The position numbers and the translations under genes were made by a program. A stretch of 64,000 nt of DNA from positions 50,284,001 through 50,348,000 of the forward strand of contig NC_086097.1 of the NCBI RefSeq assembly GCF_963921235.1, in the 5' to 3' direction. The notes below the pieces were generated by a model that saw only the letters and a list, made by a program, of their open reading frames with translations, made no database searches and was not told the origin of the DNA. The DNA is from Mobula hypostoma. Its lineage: Eukaryota. This document shows, in pieces, positions 1-12,100 of this stretch; the stretch's first letter is position 1, and every line of letters starts with the position of its first letter.

Positions 1-558
1 AGTATCCTGGCCTGCTATGAAAACACCAATGCCCTTGAATAGAAAAACCTGCAAAACATAGTGGCCATGGCCCAGTCCATCATGGGTAAAGCCCTTACCA
101 CCACTGGGCACATCTGTATGGATCATTGTTGCAAGAAAACATCATCCGTTATCAAGGACCCCCACCATCCAAGCCATGCTGTTTTCTCACTGCTTCCATC
201 AGGAAGGAGGTACAGGGGCCTTAAGATCCACACACTCAAGTTCAGGAATAGTTATTACCCCTCAACCATTAATTCATGAACCAGAGAGGATAACTTCACT
301 CACCCCATCACTGAACAGTTCCCACAAGAACTTCACTCACTTTCAAGGATTCTTTATCTAATGTTCTCGATTTTTTTTTTCTTTTTGCTTTCTGTATTGG
401 CACATTTTGTTCTTTTTTGCTTGTTTGTCTTTCTAATTGGGTATGATCTTTCATTAATTCTATTGTTTCTTGCTATTTACTGCACATGCCCATAAGAAAG
501 TGAATCGCAGGGTTGTATGTGGTGACAAATATGTACATTGATAATGAATTTACTTTGA
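1..558 (+). mobile_element. Rex1/Babar-type LINE 3' fragment
   Basis: Decayed ORF with IKDPHHPSHAVFSLLPSGRRYR...FRNSYYP, the C-terminal motif shared with other copies in this window. Confidence 0.75.
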
Positions 559-1801
559 ATTCTGGCACCTTTCCCCTTCCTTTCCGGCCCCGATCAAAGG
601 TCTCAGCCAGAATCCTCGACTGTTTATTCATCTCCATAGATGCTGCCTGAATTTCTTACTCGTATTTTTCCAAAAATAAATAACACTTTTCTTTTGAATT
701 CAATTTCATTCATTTGTAATTCCCTTGGTCCTTAAAGCAGAAAATCATATGTTAGAGCATTTTGTTGTTGTACTAAGAGTTGCTACGTTGTCAGAGGTGT
801 CGTCTATCAAACGAAATATCAAACAAGGCTTTATTTTTATGCAAATATGGAGAAAGGTGCAATGGCAGTATTATGAAAATTAAATGTACAATATTTTTAT
901 TGTGCTGATTAGCATTCTTTCAAAAGTACCATCAGTAACAGATTATTCACTTAAGTCTTCTACAGTGTAAGAAAAAACACAGAAAACAGTTTAATGCTAA
1001 AATAGAGTAGAAATTATTGACCTTAGGTACTCTGGGGATCTTGGTGGTACAGCTTATCTCTGGCAAGGGTTTCTACTCCCTCCGGCATTATCAGTGGCTG
1101 CCATTGAGAATGTTGGGCTTGATTGTCTTATGTCTTCTGACTTTTGCAGAGCCTCAGTCCTTGCTGTTAAGGCTTGTGTAAAGCGTAGGCAGTATCTTGT
1201 CCATCCAGAGTCCTTAAAGGTGGTGGAAAGCTTTTCAAATGGACCATTGGAAGATAGCTATTGTGCCAGAATTGATGTTAGCCTGGTTAGAATAGCCCTT
1301 TGCTTGCGTTTTTAATTCAGTATCTGATATTACAGCAACCTTTCACTTCCTAATGTTTTATATTTTTAACAGACTAAGCTGACTATTAGCATAAATCCTG
1401 AAGATCATGTGAAAACAATACAATTAGAGGCTAATCTATTCTATTTAATAATTTAATGTGACTAATGTATAATTGAAAAGTAATGTCCATGTTGTGCAAA
1501 TGCTATTTTCAAATCATTAATTTTTCTTGAAGTTACATTATTACTAGTTTTACCTCTAAACTAATTTTAGCTGTAAACTTGAAAACAAAATACTGAAGAT
1601 AATTTTCCATTTTTTCTTCAGAACCATTAAGTCCTTCGTGAACCACTTTCAATTTCTGAATGTGTTAAAACTCCAAACTAATATTTTTGAAGACTATGTA
1701 CCATCAACATAACTGCTTTTATACTGTGTTAAGAAAGATTACCAGCAGCAATTTTGCAACAAGATGAAGAAAATTAGAATGCAAATATTTTTTCCTGGAA
1801 C

Positions 1802-2650
1802 ATGGCAGGACACTCCATGAAACAAAAAGAAATAAATGGAAATGTGGAAATTTCTGTTCCATTGGATGACTGTGGATTAGATGTCAGAAATCCATTAGCA
1901 AATCAAATATATCTTAAACCTAAGGAAGCCTTCAAAAGAGAGACAATAAAATCAGATGCAAATATATCTTTTGATTCTGAAGCATTGGATTCTCAGGAGT
2001 CAAATGTTGCTGGTCATGTAATCTACATGGAGGACGCTGTTTCAGAAGAGAAGCCCATTTTAACCGGGGCTGAATTGGCAGAGGACAAACAAAAAAATGT
2101 TTTGCCAAAAGAATTATCGAGTGCATGGATGGAGGAAGGAAGTAATGATATATGGAGTGACTTTGCAAGTTATTGTAAAACGCCTCTTGTTCTACAGCAG
2201 GGTGTTGGTACTTGTGGGTTTCCCATGATAGAAGAGAATAATTCCGTGGAAGAGCATTCCCTGCAGCAGAGAAGCAATGTTTTTAATGACAACTTCAGGA
2301 GCCATCATCCCTTTCCCGGCCAGGGTCATAAACCTCATACACGGGATGAATTTGACGGTGAATCCAAACTCTCTGTATCAGCAGCCAATGCTTGTGCACA
2401 CTCGGTCAGCACTTCAAAATTAGACGTTTCTAGGGATGCCAACGACAATCCAGGCCAGTGTGTTGGTTTTGCAGACTCCACTCTAAAATGGACACCATGT
2501 GAGAGTAATGACTGGTTAATGGAAAGCACTTTTCAGAGTGACTGCAGAGAAACTGCAACTTCCGACTTTGGTGCAGGTGGTGTTCTGTGCCCTACTACCT
2601 CGTCACTTTTGCACATCCAGGAGGTTCTCTCTGCAAATTCTGCTTTGAAG
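1802..2650 (+). CDS. CLBA1: CLBA1-like gene, coding exon 1 (283 codons, acidic low-complexity N-terminus)
   Basis: ATG in strong Kozak context (aacATGG) after in-frame TAG at 1775. Acceptor (polypyrimidine ttttcttcag) ends at 1621; donor AAG|gtcaga at 2651, phase 0. Contains a WSDF (WxxF-type) motif. Confidence 0.75.
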
Positions 2651-3002
2651 GTCAGAATGGCAACTTCTTTTATAAATACTGATTGTCATTAAAATTGGTA
2701 AAATGTAATCACAAAAATACTGAAAATGCAACATATCAGGGTGTTGGAAAACAGTCCGATTTTTGAGTGTACCAACATTTTCTGTATTTTTACCTTATTT
2801 CAGGCATCTGCAATGGTGTATTTCTGCTGGTAATCCCTACATTGACTAGGCATCTTCTTTCTCCAGAAATCTTTTAGCAGTTTTTAAAATCTTCAGAACT
2901 TGTTCCTTCATTATAAGTAAAATAATGCTGATAGCAGCAAGGTGTTTCAATGAATGTTAAAAATGGAAAATTACTGATTGAGATTTTGTGACGTACTAGA
3001 TG

Positions 3003-3508
3003 GAAACATAGAAAACATACAGCACAATACAGGCCCTTCGGCCCACAAAGCTGTGCCGAACATCTCCCTACCTTAGAACTACCTCGGCTTTACCCATAGC
3101 CCTCTATTTTTCTAAGCTCCAAGTAGCCATCCAGGAGTCTCTTAAAAGACCCTATCGTTTCTGCCACCACCGCCGCCGGCAGCCCATTCCACACACTCAC
3201 CACCCTCTGCGTTTTTAAAAAAAAACTTACCCCTGACATCTCCTCCATACCTGCTTCCAAGCACCTTAAAACTATGCCCTCTCGTGCTAGCCATTTCAGC
3301 CCTGGGGAAAAGCCTCTGACTATCCACACGATCAATGCCTCTCATTATCTTGTACGCCTCTATCAGGTTGCCTCTCATCCTCCATCACTCCGAGGAGAAA
3401 AGGCCAAGTTCGCTCAACCCATTCTCATAAGGCAAGCTCTCGGATCCAGGCAACATCCTTGTAAATCTCGTCTGCACCCTTTCTGCACCATGTCCTTCCT
3501 ATAGTGAG
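3003..3508 (-). mobile_element. CR1 LINE 3' fragment
   Basis: MRGNLIEAYKIMRGIDRVD...TRGH peptide; (catagaaa)-type tail repeat at the left end. Confidence 0.9.
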
Positions 3509-4481
3509 GAAGTATTAGGAACTGAGCTACAAGGCTGTAAATTCTGGATTACTGGGAATGTCAAGTTAAATTACAAAGCTTATTTGTTAATTAACAACTT
3601 GTACTGACGGATTTGCTGTAATAATGCAAAAAATGCCCCCAGTAGTCAGGAACAAATTAAATTGTTGCTAGTTTTCAATCTAGTAACGCTTTTACGTGGA
3701 TATTGAATCTAGTATCATCACTGAGCAAGAGTGTTGTACCCTTTGGGTATCTAAGTTGTGCGTCGCAGAATAACCAGGTTAAAATTGGCAAAAGGTAAGA
3801 AATTGGTTGGATGAATAGAAGAGAAACTACTGCTGGATGACATTGGATAGCATCTGTCTGAAAATGCATTTATAAGACTAATGAGCCCTATCCACTGAGC
3901 CAAGTTCAAGGAGCTAAAAGGAGAATAGAAATTAAACAATGGAAGCTATTGAACAAGTTATAGCGTTCAGGAGTGCAATGGAAGAGGAAACCAAGTCTAT
4001 ATCACGGTGGGAGGTTATACCGAAGTCACTTAAGAGAGAGATTCTGCCTTGAACTCGAACCTCCATTTCAACACTGACCACCCTTCTACTTCCCCAGACA
4101 TAGTGGCTAGGAGAGAACATTCTCTAACCCGCGTACCTTTGTGAATCAATCACCTTAGGGGCTTTTTCCTTTCAAATTTGTTTTGCCATTGGTCATACTT
4201 GTGATTGGCCCTGCTTGGTTCAAAACTACTATGGCGTCATAATTGCATGTCAGAGTTTCATAGATGTCCTCTCAGTTCCTCCCATTCACTCCATGGCAAC
4301 CCACAATTAGAAACTGTCTCTATCTGCTGGAGAGTGAGCATTAATATCCCTTCCCTTCACTCTTATCTCAAGATGGTTTTATCATTAGTTTCCAGTAACC
4401 ACCATTGTTCCTCTTTTCAATTATAGCTTGTTTTGTAATTGGCTCCATTTAAAACCAGTGTTCCCTCTACAGGGAAGTGGA

Positions 4482-4562
4482 ACTATGATGGACAGGTGGT
4501 GAGGGGGTTGACTTGAAATCCAGTAGGCGTTCCCCATGCTGGCTCGAACCCTGCTCATAGTG
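4482..4562 (+). pseudogene. Degenerate tRNA-Ser(TGA)-derived sequence
   Basis: 7-bp acceptor stem actatga/tcatagt plus G discriminator; gacTTGAaatcca anticodon arm; long variable arm; ggctcgaaccctgc T-arm with mutated GTTC; degraded D-arm. Confidence 0.7.
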
Positions 4563-5479
4563 CAAGTTCTTTAGGCATCCACTGATGATTTCTGTAAGAT
4601 GTGCTGTGACGTCCCGCCCACGTGGAGTTGCGTTCCCCCCCACCCCCCCCCCCGCACGTGTACTTGCATGTATGATGTTAAACTGGATGGCTTAGCCAAT
4701 GATGTTGATTATGTGCTGTTTTTTGGAGAATGGAAGGATGGTATTGACAGAAGATTGTATTTACCATGTCAGAGATACCAAGGGTTATATGGGTTATAGA
4801 GCAGTTATAGAAGCCATCTGTGATTTCTGATTGGAATTATTTCAGTGTCTGATTTGAAAGATCTGGAGGTAATGGAATGGAAATGGGTGATAGTTTAGGG
4901 CAGAGTGACTCTTTTTAAGTGAAGGTGCCAATGTCACAAGAGACCCATCTCCTAAATTGAACTGCATTTGAGTGTGAAAGAAGGTGGATGAGTAATTGCA
5001 ATGAACTTGAGGTAACTTTGGCTTGTTAGCAAGGGGAAGAGCCAACTGACTGGTGTGTCAAATATTCCTTGGAGCTATCTGAAGTGTGTGTAATTGACAG
5101 GGGAAAGCAAGGTCTAATTGTGCTAAATGTGAACACTGGCGCAGTGAAGTCTGCATTGTGGTCTTTAAGCACAGAAGTTAAAGCTCTGCTGGGACTAGGT
5201 ATGGGAGAAATAATTCATTTTATAAACTATTTGTGGGGAGCAAAGGGCAGAAACATTAAAGATGCAAGTGATATCAAATAAAAACAAAAAATTCCTAATA
5301 CTCAACAAGTCAGACAGCATCTGTCGCTAGAGGAATAATTAATGTTTCAGGTCAGATGGGTTTTCAGTCTGAAACATTTCAGTTTCTTTTTCTGCAGATG
5401 CAGCTCACCATTATCTTTGCAACATTTTGTTTTTATTTCAGATTTCCAGCATGTGTAGTTTTATTCACTGGATAACTTG

Positions 5480-7579
5480 CAGTGCCTTGTAAAAGTATTC
5501 TACCCTGATTTTTCACATAAATGAGTGTTACAACCAGGGATTTTGATCAATTTAACTGAGAATTCTTTATTTGTGAATCGCATGTGAATCAATTTTCATA
5601 ATAGAGCCCCAAAATAAACAGGAAAGATTGTAAAGCATGAAAAATTAAAAATTCAAAAACTAAAATGCCAGCAGTTCAAAAGTATTCGTTTTGTTTTACT
5701 CAGTACTTTGTTGAACCACCTCTCGTAGCTATTAAAGCCAGTAGTCTTTTTGGATAAATCTCTGGTAGCTTTGCACAACGTGATGGAGCAAGATTTGCCC
5801 ATTACTCCTTCCAAAATTGCTCAAGTTGTGCCAGGTTAGTCGGGAACAGCAGTGGACAATATTCTTGAGGTCTTGACAGATATTTAATTGTGTTAGGGTC
5901 AGGAATCTGACTGGGCCAGTCAGGACATCAATTTTCTTCATTTGAGCCACTCCATGGTTGCACTGGCAGTGTGGGGCCAACTTCCTCCCCAATTTAAGCT
6001 TTCTGGCAGAGGCTAGCAGGTTTTCATCCAGGATTTGAAAGGGGCAGCTTGACCTAGGCAGCATAACTGTGGTTTCATATTTTTCCCACATTTTCACAAT
6101 GGACTGCACTGAGCTCCGAGGTATGTTCAGTGCCTTTGAGATGGTCTTCTACCTTTCCCCATAGTGGTCACCAACCTTTTTAAGCCAAGATCCCCTACCT
6201 CGACCTTAGTGAAAGGCAAGATCTACCTACTAAATTGTTTAGAGAAAAGAACAGCTCAGATTGTACTGCCAATTTGAGGCCTTTTATTTGGGCTAATTGT
6301 ATTTGAATTACACAAAATACTTTTGTCAAACTTTCAAATTAATTCAAACAAGAAAACACTGTAACTAGCATATCTTTCTTTAACAATATTACAGTACTTC
6401 ACATCTTAAATTCTAAGTTTCATTATTTGATTTTATTTCAACACGAAAAATAAATGAATAAAAGTTGACTGTTGCACTCAGTGTGGTGACTGGGGCTGAA
6501 TACTTATTGCTAGTTCCCTGAAATTTGGCTCATAACTACAGACAGCCTGTCTGAGACAGTCTGTGAGGTGTCTGTCAGTAAGACAGTTCCTGTACTTAGA
6601 TTTAATAATTTTTCATCTGTGGAAATGCAATTTCACATAGATAAGTTGACCCGAAGTAGGCACTGACTTTTAGTGCTATAAAACCCAACGCACACTGCGC
6701 ATTGCTGGGGCCCCATCAGTAGTAATTGCCTCTGATCTGGGCCAACATTTATAATTAGCTTGTTTATTTCGGCTTTTTTCTTAAAGATGTGCTGGGTGCG
6801 GTCTGACTACCGCTGTACCGCTGCATCCTTCGCAACCCGATGGTTGGGGACCACTGCGTACCTAATTTAATTGGTCACGTTGATGCAGCACGAGCTACGC
6901 GGAAAACGCAATTCATGGTGGGGTGCTGCACACATGCGCACTGGGCAGGAAGAACCGAACTAAAACCCCTCAACCCGGAAACAATCTCTCTTTACAAACA
7001 GCTTTGTAGCAAAAGTACTGCTATATTACCATTATCCTAATTAGTATTACTGATTTTTATAATGCTCACATTACAACAGTATTTGTGCATTTATTTTTGA
7101 TTTTTTTTCGGGATCTACTGGGAAAGTCTCAAATATCGACGCGTTGGCGACCCCTATTTCCCCAGATTTGTGCTTCTCTATCATTTCCTTGACTTGCTTT
7201 GAATGCTCTTTGTCTTCATTTTGGTTTGGTCTCTTGAAAATCTACCATTCTGTTGGACTTACAGAAGAAAAGGGTATTTATTCAGGTAGAAAATTGCGAT
7301 TTTCAACATCGACAAATTGGGTGAGTTGGTGAGGTAATACACTGCACCTGAATAAAGTTAATGTAGTAATTACAGAAGGGAAGAATACTTTTCCAGCCTC
7401 CCAATTTGGTCTTTTTTATTTTTGATCTATTGACAGGTGTTGGAATTTTTCTTTTGATTTGACGTGATGCACAATATTTTGTAGTTTAGCTCAAAAATCC
7501 TACTTCAATACATTTTAAATTTAGAAAATGAGACAGTAAAATGTGAAAATAGTTGTGGGGGCTGAATTTCAAGGCAGTG
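5480..7579 (-). mobile_element. Decayed Tc1-family DNA transposon (interrupted by a hAT element)
   Basis: Left TIR cagtgccttgtaaaagtattc; degenerate right TIR gggggctgaatttcaaggcagtg. Minus-strand transposase remnants (ILDENLLASARKLKLGRK) at 5732-6109. Confidence 0.8.
6162..7156 (-). mobile_element. Non-autonomous hAT (Charlie-like) element
   Basis: TIRs TAGTGGTCACCAAC / TAGGGGTCGCCAAC (reverse complement). Perfect 8-bp TSD tttcccca (6154-6161, 7157-7164). Minus-strand hAT dimerization-domain remnant FGSTYLCEIAF...KSKYRN.LTD at ~6490-6680. Confidence 0.9.
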
Positions 7580-8519
7580 CGGATCGTCCAGTCAATGAAA
7601 CTGGACACCATTAGTTCTGTCCATTTTGGGTGTCACATGCAAAGCCAGTGTTTATTGCTCGTCTCTGATTGCTCTTGAGAAGGTGGTGATGGGCATCTTC
7701 CTTGAACTGAAGATATTCTCTTCGACCCATTGAGTTGGAAGTACAAGGATTTGCACCCACTGATATTTGAGTATGGATAGCGTGTGACTTGGGGGAGCAA
7801 TGCAGTGATGCTTTGCCATACACCTTGAGGTTGCAGGGCAAGTGTTGGGGTGAGCAATAGTTTGAGAGTGGTTCACACTGCAGCTACTATAGGTTAATGG
7901 TGGGGAGCACTGGTGGGTAGTGATTGCGGGTACCAGTCAACAGGACTGCTCTGTCCTGGATGGTGCTGAGTTTCTTGAAAGTTGTTGGCCATATGTTCAT
8001 GAAGAATATTTCACTATACTTCTGACTTGTACCAAATGCAGTAAAATTCCAGTAATCTAGTTTGGCAGTTCTGGCCAACTGGGTGTTACTCCTATTACTG
8101 CACAGGCTTCATTTTGATTCTTTTACTTTAATCAGTGAATTTAAAGGGGGCAGAGAATCTAGAAATACTCTGGACCCCACTTCAGCTGAAAACCCACCCA
8201 TGTTTCAGAGCTATGAGTCCGAGTTGTATGCTTTTATTATTTTCTCTATTTGAAAATGGCAGTGATGGCATTTGCTAAGCCATTTGAAGGCACTTAACAG
8301 TGAAACACAAGGCACCAGACTGGGTACAGTTGGCAGATTTTGTATTCCAGAAGGGTGCCGCTGAACCAGATGTAACAGTCCTATACTGGTCATTATTACC
8401 AGAGTTCTTGTCTTCCCAAGTTCCAGATTATTGATAGTTGCTATGTTGGAATTTGAAATTGGGTCTGTGAATTAACGTCTGGTCACTTTACCACTATATC
8501 CATGTCAATCCTACAACTG

Positions 8520-9340
8520 TACTGTGGAGAACATTCTGACTGACTGCATCACCGCCTGGTACGGCGGGGGGAGGGAGTTACTGCACAAGATTGCAATAGG
8601 TTGTGGAAAGTTGTAAAATTAGGCAGCTCCCCATTGGAGTATCCAAGACATCTTCAAGAAGCAGTGCCCTAGGAAGGTGGCACCCATCATTTAGGATCCC
8701 CACCACCCAGGAAATGCCCTCTTCACACTGTTACCATTGGGAAGGAGGTGCAGAAGCCTGAAGGCACACACTCGGTGATTCCGGAACAGCTTCTTCCCCT
8801 CTGCTGTCTGATTTCTAAATGGGCATTGAACCCATGATCTCCAGCTCACTACTTCTTTATTTGCACTACTATTTTAACTTAACTAGTAAAGGCATCTGTT
8901 AGTCTTGCGAGACCATGGATCTGCACCTGGAAAGTCTTCACTCTCCAGGGCGCAGGCCTGGGCAAGGTTGTATGGAAGACCAGCAGTTGCTCGTGCTGCA
9001 AGTATCCCCTCTCCACAACACCAATGTTGTCCAAGGGAAGGGCATTAGGACCCATACAGCTTGGCACCGGTGTCGTCGCAGAGCAATGTGTGATTAAGTG
9101 CCTTGCTCAAGGACACAACACATTACCTTAGCTGGGGCTCGAACTTACGACCTTCAGGTTACTAGTCCAATGCCTTAACCACTTGGCCACACTTAACTAT
9201 TAATAGACATATATATACACATACATACACTTAATGTAACTCAGTTTTTTTCTCTATATTTATTTATCATGTATTTCATTGTACTGCTGCCATAAAGTTA
9301 ACAAATTTCACGAAATTTGCTGGTGATATTAAATCCAATT
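8520..9340 (+). mobile_element. Rex1/Babar-type LINE 3' fragment interrupted by a SINE
   Basis: Same 3' sequence as the copy at 1-558 (gatccccaccacccagg...ggaaggaggtgcagaagcctgaag); resumes after 9190. Confidence 0.75.
8886..9190 (-). mobile_element. tRNA-headed CORE-type SINE
   Basis: Minus strand: A box gtggccaagtgg, B box agttcgagcc, CORE-like gtgtccttgagcaaggcacttaa. 9-bp TSD acttaacta (8877-8885, 9191-9199). Confidence 0.85.
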
Positions 9341-10399
9341 CTGATCTTTGTCTGATTGTGAGCTGAAGGAGCTTCACGTTTTCCCTTTGCTTTGCTTTGC
9401 TTTGCCCAGTTAAACTGTGCCATATCTGTATGTTTCTTCTGCCTTTCTAATCTGCTCCACTGCATTAACGTTGTATCAAGATCTACATCTCTCCCGATCA
9501 GAGGAAACACTGTTACGTCCCTCTGATAAAAGAACCTGAAAAATGAAACTGTTTTTAGATTGGATCTAACATGCTTATCCCAAGATTGCACCCATCACTT
9601 TGTAAAAATGAGTGCAGGATTAGATCACTCAACTCATCAATCCATCTCTGCCTTTTCATAAGGTCATGATTACAAATTTAAACACCGCACAGCAAACTTG
9701 CACAAACTTATTTATCAATTATCTATCTACTTCTGCCTCAGAAGCTGTGCTCCCTCCCCCTTTGAGGAATCAATCTTCAAAGACTTGAAATCTTCTGAGT
9801 GGGAAAAACAAAACTGCCTCATTGTACCATAATTGAGCAACCCTTTTTTAATGGAGACCTTTTAAATCGAGACCTTTTGGGATCTTGTATGCTTTATAGA
9901 AGATATTTTCACTCTTCAGGCCTAGCCTAACCATCTTTTACTCATAAAAGTGGCCAAAAGTTAAGGACAGCACCCTCTCGTCTATTTGGCCAGAATAGCC
10001 TCCAGGGCTCAACACAGATTTCTCTGACTTGAGATGACATATTTTCTCTGTCTACATCAGAACTGGCCAAACCACATGTTATATATTCAAGAGCCTTTCA
10101 TTTCGCAACCTTAACATTCCTGTAATTGCATGTTTACTTGCAAACAATTCTTTTTATTGACTTTATATTTGTTCATGATCTGTCTTGTTGTAACTGTCCA
10201 CATTGACCAGATGAACGCACTTGGTTTACAAACGAATGTATAAACTAGTATAGTCAGAAATACTCCCTGTATCATATCTATCCCTCTCCCATCCTTACCA
10301 GCTTTAACGTACTTTCTCTTTCGCTGTCTGACAAAGGCTCTTTAACCTAAAACATTAATTCTCTTTCTATAAATACTGTCAGTCTCTTAGTTACCAGTT

Positions 10400-11062
10400 C
10401 TTTGCTTTACTTTATTGTCGCCAAACAATTGATACTAGAGCGTACAATCATCACAGCAATATTGCTTCTGCGCTTCGCACTCCCTGGAGTACAAATCGAT
10501 AGTAAATATTAAAAATTTAAACTATAAATCATAAATAGAAAATAGAAAAGGGAAAGTAAGGTAGTGCAAAAAAACCAAGAGGCAGGTCCATATATTTGGA
10601 GGGCACGGCCCAGATCCAGGTCAGGATCCGTTCAGCAGTCTTATCACAGTTGGAAAGAGGCTGTTCCTAAATCTGGCGGTGCGAGTCTTCAGATTTCTGA
10701 GGCTTCTCCCGGAGGGAAGAGGGACGAAAAGTGTGTTGGCTGGGTGGGTCGTATCCTTGGTTATCCTGGCAGCTCTGCTCGCGACAGCATACAGTGTAAA
10801 GTGAGTCCAAGGATGGAAGATTGGTTTGTGTGATGTGCTGGGCTGTGTTCACGATCTTCTGCAGCTTCTTCCGGTCTTGGACAGGACAACTTCCATACCA
10901 GGTTGTGATGCACCCTAGAAGAATGCTTTCTATGGTGCATCTATAAAAATTAGTGAGGATTTTAGGGGACAGCCCAAATTTCTTTAGCTTTCTCAGGAAG
11001 TAAATGTGCTGGTGGGCCTTCTTGGCAGGGAACTCTGCTTGGTTGGACCAAGTCAGGTCATT
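10400..11062 (-). mobile_element. Rex1/Babar-type LINE 3' fragment
   Basis: Minus-strand remnant NTAQHITQTNLPSLDSLYT; short-repeat tail at the left. Confidence 0.7.
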
Positions 11063-11369
11063 TCCATTCCAGGAGAAGCCCCTATTTGGCAGTTGTTCCT
11101 TGTTAGCCAGTCAGTCAAAATTCTACCTCCTACACTGAGTCACTCTTTCATCCGAAAACTTTAAATGTCATTGAGCATTTCTCCTCTTCAGCGTCAAGTG
11201 AAACATTACTCCCTGCAAGTTGAAGTTTGACCTTAAATGCATGGCTGTTAAATATTGAATAGTCACCATAATTATATTTTCTGTCTCGCTAGGTATGTTA
11301 GGTTGTTGACATTGACTGGACTTTTGGTAATGGAAGGGTAAACGTTCTGACTGGGTGTTTAGAAAGTGC

Positions 11370-12100
11370 ATAGCCCATTGCTCTGCTCTACACTGCCAAA
11401 TGCCATCTATAAATTTGTCAATGACACCACTTGACAGTAGAATCTGATTTTGATGAGAAGGTGTACGGGAGTGAGATAGCTTTGCTGGCTGAGTACTGTC
11501 ACAACAGCAGCCTCACACTCAATGTTTGAGTGTGGGGGAAGTTCCTGGGCATCAGTGTCTCAGAGGATCTGTCTTGGGCTCAACACACTGATGCAGTCGT
11601 GAAGAAGGCACACCAGCAGCTTAACTTTATTAGGAGTTTGAGGGATGACAAAAACTCTTTCAGATTTCTACAGATGTATGGCAAAGAGCTGACCAGTTGT
11701 ACCACTGCCTGGTATGGAGCTTCCAATGCACAAGATTGCAACAGGCTGCGGAGGACTATAGGTGCATCCAGCTTCACCACAAGCAGAATCCTCCCTACCA
11801 GCAAAGACATCTTCAAGGGGCAGTGTCTCAGGAAGGCAGCATCCATCATCTAAAACCCTCACCATCTGCGACACGCCCTCTTTGCATTGCTACTATCAGA
11901 GAGGAGGTACAGAAGCCTGAAGACGCACACTCAATGTCTTAAGAACAGCTTCTTCTCCTCCACCATCAGATTTCTGAACAGTCCATGAACACTACCTTGT
12001 TATTTGCCTTTTGAACTATTTATTTATTTTGTAATTTATAGTAATTATTTTGTTGCATTGCACTGCTTCCACAAAACAACACATTTCATGACATGCATCA
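11370..12100 (+). mobile_element. Rex1/Babar-type LINE fragment
   Basis: KFLGISVSEDLSWAQHTDAVVKKAHQQLNFIRSLR RT thumb-region peptide. Confidence 0.8.
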
